This document shows positions 1-12,645 of a stretch of 64,000 nt of DNA, piece by piece. The translations under genes and the position numbers were made by a program. The notes beneath the pieces are model-generated. The model worked only from the letters and a program-made list of their open reading frames with translations. It was not told where the DNA came from and did no database searches. The first letter of the stretch is position 1, and the number at the start of each line of letters is the position of its first letter. Source of the stretch: Hypanus sabinus (lineage: Eukaryota); the NCBI RefSeq assembly GCF_030144855.1, contig NC_082720.1, positions 76,074,001-76,138,000 on the forward strand, in the 5' to 3' direction.

Positions 1-1225
1 GTCAGAATTGATCTTTCAAGTGGGCTTCATGTTGGATGTACATGAATGGACTTTTTGAAAAGGAGGGCAAGTTCATTTGAGTTAGTGCTTGTGGACATTG
101 GCCAAGCTCACATGGAATCCAAGGAAGAGTAGACAATTAGATCTGAGCTCAACTCAATAGTAGAAAACAAAAGATAATAGTTGATTGGTTAATTTGGGAA
201 TAAAGATAGGTTTTAAAACATGTTTCGTGGAGTCCAGCGCTGAGTCCCTTGGTTATTGTTATATATTTGACTTTGACTCTGTAAGGGAAAATAAAGAAAT
301 GGGCAAAAAAATAAAAATTGGCCTTTTGGTTGACAATGTGGTGAAAAGATTAAGATAGGGTACGTTTGGTCATTTGTGCAGTCAAGTTGGAAAGCAAATT
401 TATTCCAGGGAGAGAGGTAATGATAGAAAGCTGCACAATGCAAGAGAATAAACACTCAATTGAACATAAAAGGAGCTTGACTGCATTGCCTCAGTTCTTT
501 AAAAGTTTGCAGGGCAAGGTACGAAGGTGGTTAAAATGCACTCAAGGAGATTCCCTTTTAACTGACATATAGAATTTAAGATCATTTAACATTCTGCTGG
601 AGCTGTACAACACAGCAAGTGGTGTTGTGTACTGTACAGATCACTAGGTTACTAGAAAGATGCAATTGCACTGGAGAAGGCATGAAGAAGACACAGATGT
701 TGCCAGAAGTGTAAAATTATAGCTTGTTTCCCAATCTTTGTTTATGGATAGTTTTTCATAAATCCTGTTTATTTTCCTAGAAATGTCTGCAAGAAAATGT
801 ATCTCAAGGTAGTATATGGTGACATGTATGTACTTTGATGATAAATCCTTACTTCAAACTTTACTTTGAGATTAACTAGGTACCATTTTGAGTCATGTAG
901 ACAGAGAGGAGATTGAGCTGTACAAAATTGTGGGCCCAAAATGAAAGTAAAATAAGTGTTAGCAGCGTGTAAACTTTAAGCATTGCTATAATTGAAGGGG
1001 AGTTAAAGAAGCTTTTTTCCCCAATCATTTGGTGGTGTGGACTCAAATTGAGAAAGAAGGTAGAAGCTGCAGTCCTCGTCAGATTTATAAAGGTGCTCAC
1101 ACGAGTAATTGAAGAGCTGTTGTCTGCAGAGCTAAAGACCCAGTGCTGGAAGATGGGATCAGGTTAGATCTCTCGGTGACTTTTATAGGCACAGAATGGA
1201 AGCAATACACAAACCTTCTATGATT
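1..1225 (+). mobile_element. Highly degenerate CR1-clade LINE (RT region to 3' end), interrupted at ~728-868
   Basis: Decayed RT-type segments (catggaatccaaggaagagtagacaattag, about HGIQGRV..W; ctggagaaggcatgaagaagacacagatgttgcca, about LE....R..RML) are collinear with better-preserved CR1 copies elsewhere in the window. Confidence 0.55.
728..868 (+). mobile_element. Rex1/Babar-type LINE 3' tail fragment nested in the CR1
   Basis: aagaaaatgtatctcaaggtagtatatggtgacatgtatgtactttgat...actttg matches the 3' UTR ending of the Rex1 copies at ~24100-24505 and ~49800-50200. Confidence 0.6.
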
Positions 1226-1395
1226 TCATATGTTGATAGTAGGCCAGCTGTGAAAGGTGGCGGTATAATATCGTTAAGAGAAATACCATGGGAAGGAGCT
1301 GAATAGCTGACTTTTAGAAACTATTTCATCCATATTGTTTGTGTCGTCAAGTTCTATGAATGCATATGTCTTTTGAAATGCTTAGAAATCCCAAA

Positions 1396-1830
1396 TTAGT
1401 TTTTCCTCCTACTCAGGCTCAATGGTTATGCAATGTTATGTCATGTTTAGATTTAGAGAAGATTTGTTGTTCAATTTCTGGATCTCGCCAAGACTTTCAA
1501 ACATTGTGGGGACCTTTTCTGAATTATTTTCAAAACCTTCAATTCATTGTTTAAACTCAGGTGTTGGCTATTATTAATTTTTATTATATGAGAAGGTATT
1601 TTACCTTCTTTTCTCCTTAATGAACAGCTTCGGTCTTGTTAGGGAATAGATTCCTTTTTTGTAATAAATTAGTATATTTCAATATGACTATTGATTAACT
1701 TAATATGGGGAAAGAGATTGTTATTATGAAGTTATTATTATGGTAGTTTTTAAAAATCTTTTTTGACCTCTTATATACGCTTTCTTGTACTCTGCATTCT
1801 TTTATGTAGAAACTAATAAAATCATTGGAA
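1396..1830 (+). mobile_element. 5'-truncated L1-clade LINE (ORF2 C-terminus + 3' UTR) with target-site duplication
   Basis: Peptide PPTQAQWLCNVMSCLDLEKI...FQTLWGPFLNYF resembles fish-type L1 ORF2 C-termini. AATAAA lies near the end. Direct repeat agaaatcccaaa at 1384-1395 and 1831-1842. Confidence 0.8.
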
Positions 1831-2105
1831 AGAAATCCCAAACTAATGCGATGAATTTAAGTATTTTCTGAAGTTACTTGAAAACTATGCACTTACATCA
1901 AAACTAGCATCAGATGATTTGAGGACGCAGCTCAGGGTTACTGGGGAAGGATAATAATAATCACTGGTGTTGCCAAGAACACAAATCCAGAGATAAAAAA
2001 AATCAGGTCACATATCTTACTTCACAGCTGATTGCATACATTGAAGGCTTGAAACTACAAAAATATTGTTTGGTTATTTGGAAAACTATTTCCTTTATTT
2101 CACAG

Positions 2106-2740
2106 TTTAAAGTAAAAGCATTATCAAAGCACTCTATGTACACCATATACAATGTTGAGATTCATTTTATTTCATTTGCATAATTAGAGATAGAGTGTGG
2201 AACGTGCCCTTCAGGTCCAAAGGGCCTCACTGCCCAGCCTAGCTTAGTCACAGGAAAATTTACAATGACCAATTAACCTGCTAACCAGTACACATTTGGA
2301 CTGCAGGAGGAAACCAATTTGGTTTACAGGGAGAACATTCAAGCTCTTTACAGACGGCACTGGAATTGATCTTTGGAATGACCCAAGCTGTAGTGCTTTG
2401 TTTCTTGCAGGCACCCACAGGAAAGTAAAGAAATACAATAGAGTCCATGAAAAAAACATGCACAACAATAAAAAACAATGAGCTAAAAGAGGACACATTG
2501 TGCAAATAACTTAATAAAGTAAACAAATACTAAGAATATGGGCAGCGGAGTCCACAAAACTGAGGCCACCCGGTGGAGACTACTCAGCGCTGGGGCAAGC
2601 GAAGCCATTCACACTGGTCCAGGAGTCTGCTGATTGTAGGACAATGACTATCCCTGAATCAGGTGGTGTGGACTCCTGCACCTCCTGCCCAATAGTAGTA
2701 GTGAGAAGAGAAAAAGGCATGTCAAACACAAACTGAGGGG
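2106..2740 (-). mobile_element. Rex1-type LINE 3' tail with a nested V-SINE (~2170-2397, - strand)
   Basis: Reverse-complement Rex1 tail is split by a V-domain SINE (tttacaatgaccaattaacctgctaacc...tttggactgcaggaggaaacc). Confidence 0.6.
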
Positions 2741-3469
2741 ATGGGCTCAGGTAGGAGAAGTTGGCTGGCATGGAGTGGAGGCACAAGAGGAAACTAATCA
2801 AATCCCAGCAGCAAAGTAGACAGAATACCTTTATAGCCTAGAAAGCAATATGTAGTCCTACAAAGGAAAGAACTTGAACAATTTGACACGGCATGGAAGA
2901 ACCGTAGTAGGCTTTGTTGTCGAGCCATAAATACCAGGCTGACAATAATGATTCTGCGTGCCAAGCACTTCATGCTGATGGTGCTGTGAAGCAGGTCCAA
3001 GGTGCTTTCAACACAGAGCAGAAAGATAAAGTGTATGCACGCATGTGTACAGTGGGATAAACAACTGAAATTTAATCATTAATTGCATATTGTCTTCAAC
3101 ATTTGGTTGAGCAACACCAGAATTCTACCTTATACCAATTGTTCATTAGTCCTGTCAGATGATAAAATTACATTGAAGAATGAAACTGCAAATGCTTTTC
3201 TGAAAAAGAAACTCTTTTGCAATGTTTGATGACCTCTGAACCTCAAAGAAATGTTGATGGAGATCATTTACCAATGCAAACCAGTGAAGTGAGAGCAGAG
3301 CAGTGGTGGAGGTGTGGAATGTGATAAAATGGGGGATGGTGGTGTAGATGTTTATAAAACAGGGTTTAATCAGAATATTCTCAAAATTAATCAAAGGCTA
3401 TTTTTCACATGAAAATAATTATTCCCTGTCAACAGTACTCAGAATGAATAAACTTTTATTCTTAACATA

Positions 3470-4088
3470 CAGTGGCCATTTTATTAGGTAAACCTGCGCA
3501 ACTGCTCATTAGTGCAAATATCTAATCAGCTAATCATGTGGCAGAAACTTAGTGCATAAAAGCATGCAGATATGGTCAAGTGGTTCAGTTGTTCAGACCA
3601 AACATCAGAATGGGGAAGAAATTTGACCATGGAATGATTGTTGGTGCCAGATGGGGTGGTTTGAGTATCTCAGAAACTCACATGTAATTTTATCATCTGA
3701 AAGGATTAATGTAAAAATGAACAATTGGGATAAGATAGAATTCTGCTGTTCCTCAACTAAATGTTGAAGGCAATATGCAAGTTAATGATTAAATTTTAAG
3801 TTGTCTATCCGTCTATACTCATCCAGTGAGTGGCAGTTCTGTGGGTGAAAACGCCTTGTTAACAAGAGAGGTCAGAGGAGAATGGCCAGACTGGTTCAAG
3901 CTGACAGGATGGCAACAGTAACTCAAATAACCACACATTACAACAGTGGTGTGCAGAAGAGCATCTCTGAATGCACAACACGTCGAACCTTGAAGTCGAT
4001 GGGCTAGAGCAGCAGACGATCTCAACTATACACTCAAGGTGGCTAATTTATTAGTTGTAATGGGTATCTATTTAACGGGCACTGAGTG
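3470..4088 (+). mobile_element. Non-autonomous Tc1/mariner-derived DNA element with transposase 5' remnant
   Basis: Terminal motif cagtggccattttattaggt, degenerate inverted end ...ggcactgagtg-TA, and remnant Tc1 transposase N-terminus (GMIVGAR.GGLSISET; RGQRRMARLVQADR). A second partial copy lies at 54703-54841. Confidence 0.75.
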
Positions 4089-4544
4089 TATATATGTATC
4101 ATGTAAACATGAAAATATTTGCCATCCAGCAAATGCAACGACTAGTGTCACAGCTCAGGAAAAGGGTTAACCAGTAACAAATGTCGCGAGCAGCTTGCAT
4201 GAAACTTGAACTCAACCATGGAAAATTCACTTTATACACTTAACTACCTCTTTGTAACTGAACCTTTGCACAGAGAAAAAATGGACTGCAGCTGCCCAGC
4301 CAGAAGTATTTTGTATTGTTCATCATCAGCTCACTTTCCAAGCATTAATCTCCATGGATCTAGAAGGCAAACTGGCCAGATGCACGGCTGGCTGACATCA
4401 CATTCATCCATCCATCAGCGGAGGCACCTGTTGTCTCGGGGGGCTGATTTTCCTTATTGTTATTAGGCAGAGGTTTGTTGCCTAAAACCACTTGTGGGTA
4501 TTTATTTTTAAAATGTTTTCAATACATTTGACCTTTAATAGATT

Positions 4545-4870
4545 TATAGGACATTGTGTGCTACAGCACAATACAGGCCCTTTGGTCCACAATGTTGTGC
4601 TGACCTTCTAATCTAACCTAACCCTTCCCTTCCACATAGCCCTCCATTTTTCTTTCATCCGTATGGTTATTTATAAGTTTCTTAAATGTCCTAATGTATA
4701 AGCCTCTACCACTACCCTGGCAACATGTTTCTCACATCTACTGTTCTGTGTAAAAAAAATACCTCTACACTTTTCTCCAATTACCTCAAAAGCCATATTA
4801 GTCATTTCTACATTGGGAAAGAGTCCCTGCTTGTAATCCTATGCTTCTGTAATCTTTTCACCTCAGTCTA
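4545..4870 (-). mobile_element. CR1/HER1-like LINE 3' end
   Basis: acagcacaatacaggccctttggtccacaatgttgtgc is the reverse complement of the CR1 3' tail seen at ~13700-13760. Confidence 0.65.
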
Positions 4871-5014
4871 AATTTAATCAGGGTGAAAACTTCAGGGAGT
4901 TTGGGAGCAGTAACATGATTCAGAGAGCACACTTTAACAGTTGAAATTAAATACCAAGAGTTGAAACTAAATATATAGATTTTCTCATGTTCTATTACAT
5001 AATGAAAATGTGGT

Positions 5015-5593
5015 TCCTTCAGGTTGTGGTAGCTGAAGGAAGATAGTGGGGATAAGCTCACTCTACCTATTAAATGCTCCCAATGGTGTGCATTTCAAAT
5101 AGCCTCTGACAACCAAGTCCAGCACCTGACCTTCATGTGTGGCTTAGCTACTGAGCCTGGCAGAACCATTTCTACTAACAGGAGAAAGGGCAAAGGCAGG
5201 TTACTGGCGCCTTAAAACCAGTCACTTTGGGCAGATGGGGCTTGTTAGCTGTGATTGGCAGCTCATCTCTGATCTCAAACCTCCGCTGCCTTGTTTCAAT
5301 ACTCACACATGGGGAAGGCTTCGAGAGTAAACCCCAAGGAAAAATCCAGAGCTGCCTAAATCCTTAAGGCGGTCCTACTTAGAGTTCAATGCTTACTAGC
5401 AACTCTTGCGATGCAGCTGGTGCCAAACTGTATCGGTGTCTGCCATTCCTTTGGATTCATCAGCTGCGTGGAGAGGGGGAGCTTGCTGCATACTGCTTGG
5501 TGTCCTATACTGTACTGCCCTGGACTATGCATCATGTTAGACAGCTACGGCATAATATCCATGGTTGACATCAACCAACTGCGTGCCTCAACA
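5015..5593 (+). mobile_element. Non-autonomous, probably RTE-derived retroelement
   Basis: The 3' ~180 bp (ctggtgccaaactgtatcgg...gtggagaggggga...atccatgg) is homologous to the tails of the SINEs at 24137-24443 and 47626-47943. The upstream part resembles an RTE-type 5' UTR (aaacctccgctgcctt...ggggaaggcttcgagagtaaaccc). RTE assignment is from recall. Confidence 0.55.
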
Positions 5594-5904
5594 GTTGCGT
5601 AAGGAAGGGACACAGTTATTGCTATGTGTTTTTCTCAGGTCATGATTCATTGATCCGACAATCACAAAGAAAAAGCTTGTTCTAGTTTTTCAAAAATGCA
5701 TCCTGGATTTTTGGTCAAATCATATTTCAACACTAGATCAACTTAACCCCTAGATCTATTCTGAGTTTTAAACTCAAGTTATTGGGACTTGACTACCTAA
5801 ACTTTCCTCACATGACAAAACCACCTTTCCTGGAATTAATCTGGTGGGCTGTTGCTATACTCTCTCTAACATAGGTTATATATAGGTAGATGGTTCCTTT
5901 AAAT

Positions 5905-7310
5905 AATCTTTCTGATGTAGCCATTATTGAAACTTGGTTACATTGGGGGCAGGACTGGCAGCTCAGTATTCCAGGGTTCCATTGTTTTAGACATGATCGA
6001 GGGGATGGGATGACGTTACAAGCCTGGGTAAGTGTCATGGTACAGTATTGCTCTGTCAGGACAGACTGCAAAACTTGTCTAGCAAGGCTTCATCGGAGGA
6101 ACTGAGAAATAAGAAAGGTATGACCTCATTAATGGGGCTATATCATAGACCACCTAACAGTCTGTGGGGTTTAGAGGAACAACTTTGTACAGAGATTGCA
6201 GATTGTTGGAAAAAGACATAAGGTTGTGAAAGTAGATGATTTTAACTTTCCACATATTGACTTGGACCCCCATGCTGTAAAAGGAATAGATAGGATAGCG
6301 TTCGTCAAATGTGCTCAGGGAAGTTTTCTTAATCAGTACGTAGAAGTTCCAACAAGAAAGTGTAAATTTCTATTATGGAATGAGACATGGCAGGTGACTA
6401 AAGTTTGTGTAGCATCGCGTGATCATAATACCATTAGTTTCAAGGTAATGATGGTAAAGGACAGGTCTGGTCCTCAGGTTAAGATTCTAAATTGGAGAAA
6501 GGCCAATTCTGATGGTATCAGAAAGGATCTGTTGTGGATTGGGACAGGCTATTTCTGGCAAAGGTGTATTTGGTAAATGGGAAGCCTTCAAAAGAGAAAT
6601 TTTGAGAGTACAAAGGTTATATATGCCTGTCTGAATAAAAGACAAGGATAACACGTTTAGGGAGCCTTGGCTTTCAAGAGAGATTATGACTCTGGTTAAG
6701 TAAAAGGTGTATAGCAGGTATAGGAAGGTAGGAACAAATGAGATACTTGAGGAGTATAAAAAATGAGGCAAAGCAGCGAGGTCATGGACCCTATGCAGAT
6801 TATAGAGGAAGAGGTGTTTTTCTATCTTGAAGCAAATTAAAGTGAATAAATCCCCAGGGCCTGACAAGGTGTTCCCTAGGACTCTTTAGAAGGCAAGTAC
6901 AGAAATTGCAGGGGCCTTAGAAGAGATATTCAAATCATCCTTAGTGACAGGTGAGATACAGGAGGCTTGGAGGATAGCCACTGTTGTTTCATTGTTTAAA
7001 AAAGGCTCTAAGAATAAGCAAGAAAATTATAGGCCAGAGAACCTGACATCAGTAGTGGGAAAGTTAATGGAAGATATCCCAAGGGTATACATGAGTATTT
7101 GGGTAGACAGGGACTGATTAGAGATAATTGGCATGGCTTTGTGTCTAAACAACTTTAGAATTGTTTTTGAGGAAGTTACCAGGAAAGTTGATGAAGGCGA
7201 GGCAGTGGATGCTGTCTACATGTCTAACAAGGCATTTGACAAGGTCCTGCATGGGAGGTAGGTCAAGAATGTTCAGTCACTTGACATTCAAGATGGGGTT
7301 GTAAATTGGA
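5905..7310 (+). mobile_element. CR1/HER1-like LINE, 5' part (APE endonuclease + RT N-terminus), frameshifted
   Basis: Motifs DVAIIETWL, HRPPN, DDFNFPHID, DHNTISF, KSPGPDK and NYRP..LTSVVGK. Broken at 7310 by the Rex1 insertion. Confidence 0.9.
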
Positions 7311-9928
7311 ATCAGAATCAGGTTTATTATCACCGGCGTGTGACATGAAATTTGTTAACTTAGCAGCAGCAGTTCAATGCAATACATAATAATATAGAAG
7401 AGAAAAAAAATCAATTACAGTATACATATATTGAACAGATTAAAAAACATGCAAAAAACAGAAATACTGTATATTAAAAAAAGTGAGGTGGTGTCCAATG
7501 GTTCAATGTCCATTTAGGAATCAGATGGCAGAGGGGAAGAAGCTGTTCCTGAATCACTGAATGTGTGCCTTCAGGCTTCTGTACCTCCTTCCTGATGGTA
7601 ACAGTGAGAAAAGGGCATGCCCTGGGTGCTGGAGGTCCTTAATAATGAACGCTGCCTTTCTGAAATACCACTCCTTGAAGGTGTCCTGGGTACTTTGTAG
7701 GCTAGTACCCAAAATGGAACTGACTAAACTTACAACCCTTTGCAGCTTTTTTGCTCCTGTGCAGTAGCACCTCCATACCAGACAGTGATGCAGCCTGTCA
7801 GAATGCTCCCCACGGTACATCCATAGAAGTTTATGAGTGTATTTGTTGACATGCCAAATCTCTTCAAATTCCGAATGAAGTATAGCCGCTGTCTTGTCTT
7901 CATCAATATGTCAGGACCAGGTTAGGTCCTCAGAGATCCTGACACCCAGGAACTTGAAACTGCTCACTCTCTCCACTTCTGATCCCTCTATGAGGACTGG
8001 TATGTGTTCCTTCATCTTACCCTTCCTGAAGTCCACAATCAGCTCTTGTCTTACTGACGTTGCTTATGGCACCACTCCACTATTTGGCAAATCTCACTCC
8101 TGTATGCCCTCTTGTCACCACCTGAGATTCTATCAACAATGGTTGTATCACCAGCAAATTTATAGATGGTATTTGAGCTATGTCTATATATATCATGTGT
8201 ATATAGACAGTAGAGCAGTGGGCTAAGCGCATATGATGTGTTATCTCCAATCCGCACAGATTGTGGTCTTCTGGTTAGGAAGTCAAGGATCCAATTGCAG
8301 AGGGAGGTACAGAGAACCAGGTTCTGTAACTTCTCAATCAGGATTGTGAGAATGATGATATTAAATGCTGAGCTATAGTCGGTGAACAGCATCCTGACAT
8401 AGGTGTTAGTTGTCCAGGTGGTCTAAAGCTTTGTGAAGAGCCATTGAGATTGCATCAGCCATTGACCTACTGTGGGAATAGGCAAATTGCAATGGGTCCA
8501 GGTCCTTGCTGAGGCAGGAGTTCAGTCTAGTCGTGACCAACCTCTCAAAGCATTTCATCACTGTCGATGTGAGTGCTACTGGGTGATAGTCATTAAGGCA
8601 GCTCACATTATTCTTCTTAGGCACTGGTATAGTTGTTGCCTTTTTGAAGCAAATGGCAACTTCCGCCTGTAGCAGTGAGAAGTTGAAAATGTCCTTGAAT
8701 ACTTCCGCTAGTTGGTTGGCACAGGTTTTCAGACCCTTACTAGGTACCACATCGAGAACTTCTGCCTTGCGAGGGTTCACTCTCTTTAAAGACAGCTAAA
8801 CATTGGCTTCTGAGACAGAGATCACAAGGTCATCAGGTGCAGCAGGGATCTTCACAGCTCTGGTTGTGTTCTCCCTTTCAAAGCGGGCATAGAATGCTTT
8901 GAGTTCATCTGGTAGTAAAGCATCACTGCTGTTCATGCTATTGGGCTTTGCTTTGTAGGAAGTAATGTCTTGCAAACCCTGCCAGAGTTACCGTGCACCC
9001 GATGTCGCCTCCAATCACATTCAAAATTGTCTCTTTGCCTTTGAAAACCTGGTTTTCTGGTGCAGGCCTGGATCACCAGACTCGAATGCCAGAGCTCTAG
9101 CCTTCAGCAGACGATGTACCTCCTGCTTCATCCACGGCTTTTGGTTTGGAAATGTACAGTAAGTCTTTGTGGTCACAAACTCATCCACACAGGTTTTAAT
9201 GAAGTCAGTAACAACTGCAGCATACTCATCCAGGTTTGAAGATGAATCCCTGAATACAGTCCAGTCCACTGACTGAAAGCAGTCCTGTAGGTGCTTCTGT
9301 GCTTCCCTTGTCCATATCTTCTTGGTCCTCACTACTGGTGCTGCAGTCTTCAGTCTCTGCCTCTATTCAGGGAGTAGAAGTACAGCCAGGTGATCAGACT
9401 TCCCGAAGTGAGGACATGGAACAGCACGGTAGGCATTCTTGATGGTGTAACAGTGGTCCAGTGTGTTGTTTCCTCTGGTATTGCAAGTGTTCTGTTGATG
9501 GTAATTGCTTAGTGATTTTTTTTCAGACTGGCCTGGTTAAAATCTCCCAAAACGATGGTGAAGGCATTAGGTACGCTGTTTCATGCATGTTCATTCCATT
9601 GCTCAGATTATCTAAAGCACGCTTGATATTGGCCTGAGATGAAATGTATACTGCTACCAAAATGACCCCAGAGAACTCTCTTGGTAGGTAAACAGGATGG
9701 CACTTAACTCTAGATATTCCAGGTCTGGGGAGCAGAATTGGGACAGCACTGATAAATTTGTGCACCAAGAAGAGTTGATCATGAGGCATACTCCTCCACC
9801 TCTGCTTTTGAGAGACTCTATAGTTCTATCCTGATGGAGTATAGTAAACCCGTTGATCTGAATCGCTGCATCTGGTATGGAAGGGGCTAACTAGGATTCT
9901 GTGAAACAAAGGACACACGCAGTCCTAA
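7311..9928 (-). mobile_element. Rex1/Babar-clade LINE (partial APE + RT + 3' UTR), degraded
   Basis: ORF pieces [77 protein letters not shown]. Ends in a (ctgatt)n tail at 7311. Confidence 0.92.
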
Positions 9929-10602
9929 TTAGACATTGGTAGGAGAAGCGGAGAGTGGTAATAGATAGTTGCCTCTCTGGAGGTTCGTGAGTGGTGGAGT
10001 GCTGCAGGGATCGGTGGTGGTTCCATTGTCATTTGTCATCTAAATCAATGATCTGGATGCTTATGTGGTTAACTGGATCAGCAAATTTGAGGACAACACC
10101 AAGATTGGGGGTGTAGTGGACAGAATTTACAGCGAGATCTTGATCAGCTGGGAAAATGGGCTGAAAAATGGCAGATGGAATTTAATACAGACAAGTGTGA
10201 TGTTTTGCAATTCGGTAGGACCAACTAGGGTAGGTCTTGCACAGTGAGTGGTAGGGCACTGAGGAGTGTGGTAGAACAAAGAGATCTGGGAACACCAATC
10301 CACAATTCATTGAATGTAGAGTCACAGGCAGATTTGGTCGTAAAGAAAGTATTTGGCACATTGGCCTTCATAAATCAGTTTTGAGAACAGGATTTGGTAT
10401 GTTATGCTGAAATTGTATAAGATGCTGGTAAGGCACAGTTTGGAGTATTGTGTGCAGATTTGATCACCTACTGACAGGAAAGATGTAAATAAGCTTGAAA
10501 GAGTACAGAGAGCATTGACAAGAATGTTGTTGGGATTGGAGGACCGAGTTATGAGGAATTATTGAATCAGTTAGAACTTTGTTCCCTAGAACATAGAAGA
10601 TT
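9929..10602 (+). mobile_element. CR1/HER1-like LINE, 3' continuation of 5905-7310
   Basis: Resumes as ttagacattgg and rejoins gtaaattgga (7301-7310). Motifs SGVLQGSVVV, WISKFEDNTKIGG and LEYCVQ. Confidence 0.9.
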
Positions 10603-11352
10603 TCATATTTTTAAAATACTTTGAACTAAAAAAGGGAACATCTTTTTTGAGGCTCAGCATTGTTTTCTCAACCCAGCTAGACCCTTTAATTTTAAATGGA
10701 AGTTATTTGTGCTCCAGTTTAATGACTGTTAGAGCCAATAAATTAGCAGTCTTTCAATGGCAAATAGTTTGTGATGTATCATTCTTGTTGATTAGTATTG
10801 ATTAACCAGTTTAACACCATCCACATTGTGATGCATCCACATTCCAGTCTCAGGTACTTAAATGATATGAAATCTGTCACTTGGCTTGACACTTATGGTC
10901 GGTCTCCTGTGGCTGAACTGGTTTAGACGCATAACACTTCCATAGCCCGTACGTCTCAGAGAAGGTGAACTTAATGCAATCATTCCAAGATAGCTTCAAA
11001 TTCCATTCCACAAGGTGAAAGCCATTAACCAAATAAGTAATTCAGCCAGTTCCTGTTTACATTTTTAATGAAGATAAGAACTGCAAGGTTATTATGAATT
11101 GAGAGAACATGTTATCTCAAACGGCTCACGCATTCATTTACACACAGAGATAACTATTCTTGTGAAAAGAGTAATCTTACTATAATTGTTCCACTGCTGA
11201 TGAGCAGATAACTATGTAACTCACAAAGGACACATCATTAGGCACTAGATGCAATCAAAAGGGGTCGATGTGGAAGTTGGTTTTAGTAGAGAGCGAAGCT
11301 TATACTGTGTGCAACGACCCAGGTACTCACTCTGATGCTATTCAAGATGGTT

Positions 11353-11580
11353 AAAGATTGTTAATGTCAATTCCAGTGCACAAGTGTGAAGGAAAATGAA
11401 GTAATTGTTACCCTGGACCTGATGCAGCACAAAAAAATAATAAAAGACACAATAAATGTAAATATATAAGATAGCTTATATACATGGATTGTATGTCCAT
11501 AAAGTGACACTAGGCACAGGAGATTCTGTACATAAGGTGACTGACAGGAAATAATAAAGTGGTGGAGATGGGGGGTGGGG
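11353..11580 (-). mobile_element. Rex1-type LINE 3' UTR fragment
   Basis: Reverse-oriented LINE tail (ttaatgtcaattccagtgcacaagtgtgaaggaaaatgaagtaattgttac...gatgcagcac). Confidence 0.5.
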
Positions 11581-12173
11581 AAGGGTACAATCAAAGATCA
11601 AATTACAGAAACAGAGACGATATGGGAGTCCTTGGACACAGATACAAAACATGGGTTGACCGTGCAGTTAAAAAAGATTTATTTGTTATTCTGTATAATA
11701 ATTAAGGCAAACCATGAGTAGTCAGATTAAAAGGGGAAAAGGAAGATGCCTTTAAGGACATCAGGGTATTCATAAGAGCTTTTCCAGCCAAAGATTTGAA
11801 ATCATGGTTATAACTTAAGTTCCCACAGCAGTTGGAATGTGATCTCGACCAGATGAATAAATAATGATTTAGAAATTCTAAGTTTTAAAATATGTATGAT
11901 CGTTATAGAAGTTTAAGAAAATACTATCACTGCATGTCTGTGAAGGTTGTTGGGCCCTTCATATACATGGTGTGCTCACCTACAGCAATGGTCAAACGGA
12001 AGCAATGACATTGTTGAATACAATCCACACAGGGTTGCTACGCCACAAGGTTCAACTCTGTGGCTCTGGGTCATCAGTGGTGAGAGCTGCACATGCAGAA
12101 ACAGGGTTACACAATAGATTCAGTGAAGCTTAGAGGGGAAACTGGCTGACAAGGTCCTAACTCTGTGGGATGC

Positions 12174-12297
12174 TGTGAGGCTGTTACCAGGGCCCAGCCC
12201 AACGGTGTACAACAGCTATTCTACACACACATACACCATTTTAGAATCCTGTTGTTGGTGTACACTGTCGGGCTGGGCCCTGGATAACAGTCTCTCA
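12174..12297. repeat. Long imperfect inverted repeat / hairpin (~50-bp arms, ~18-nt loop)
   Basis: gaggctgttaccagggcccagcccaacggtgtacaacagctattcta pairs with tagaatcctgttgttggtgtacactgtcgggctgggccctggataacagtctc. Confidence 0.85.
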
Positions 12298-12523
12298 AGT
12301 GCTTTGAAGGTTTTTGTTTAAAAAGGATATGTAAGTGGCATTGATGCATTGCAAGAGAATGCATTGAATTGGTGGTACAATGAGTATAGAGAAAGACATG
12401 TATTGACTGTATATCAATGAAGTATATCTTTAAAGATACTTTTGCTTGACACTGATCAATTACATACAATTTAAACATATCCACAAAGGAAGACATCTTT
12501 AAGGACATTTGGAATATTCATGC

Positions 12524-12645
12524 ACAAGAGAAACTCTGCAGATGCTGGAAATCCAAGCCACACACACAAAATGCTGGAGGAGCTCAATAGGCCAAGCAGC
12601 ATCTATGGAAAAGAGTACAGTTGATGTTTAGGGCTGAGACCCAGG
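12524..12645 (-). mobile_element. Penelope-like element terminal fragment
   Basis: acaagagaaactctgcagatgctggaaatcc...aaaatgctggaggagctca...gcagcatctatgg is the same as the PLE terminus at ~39570-39700. Confidence 0.8.
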
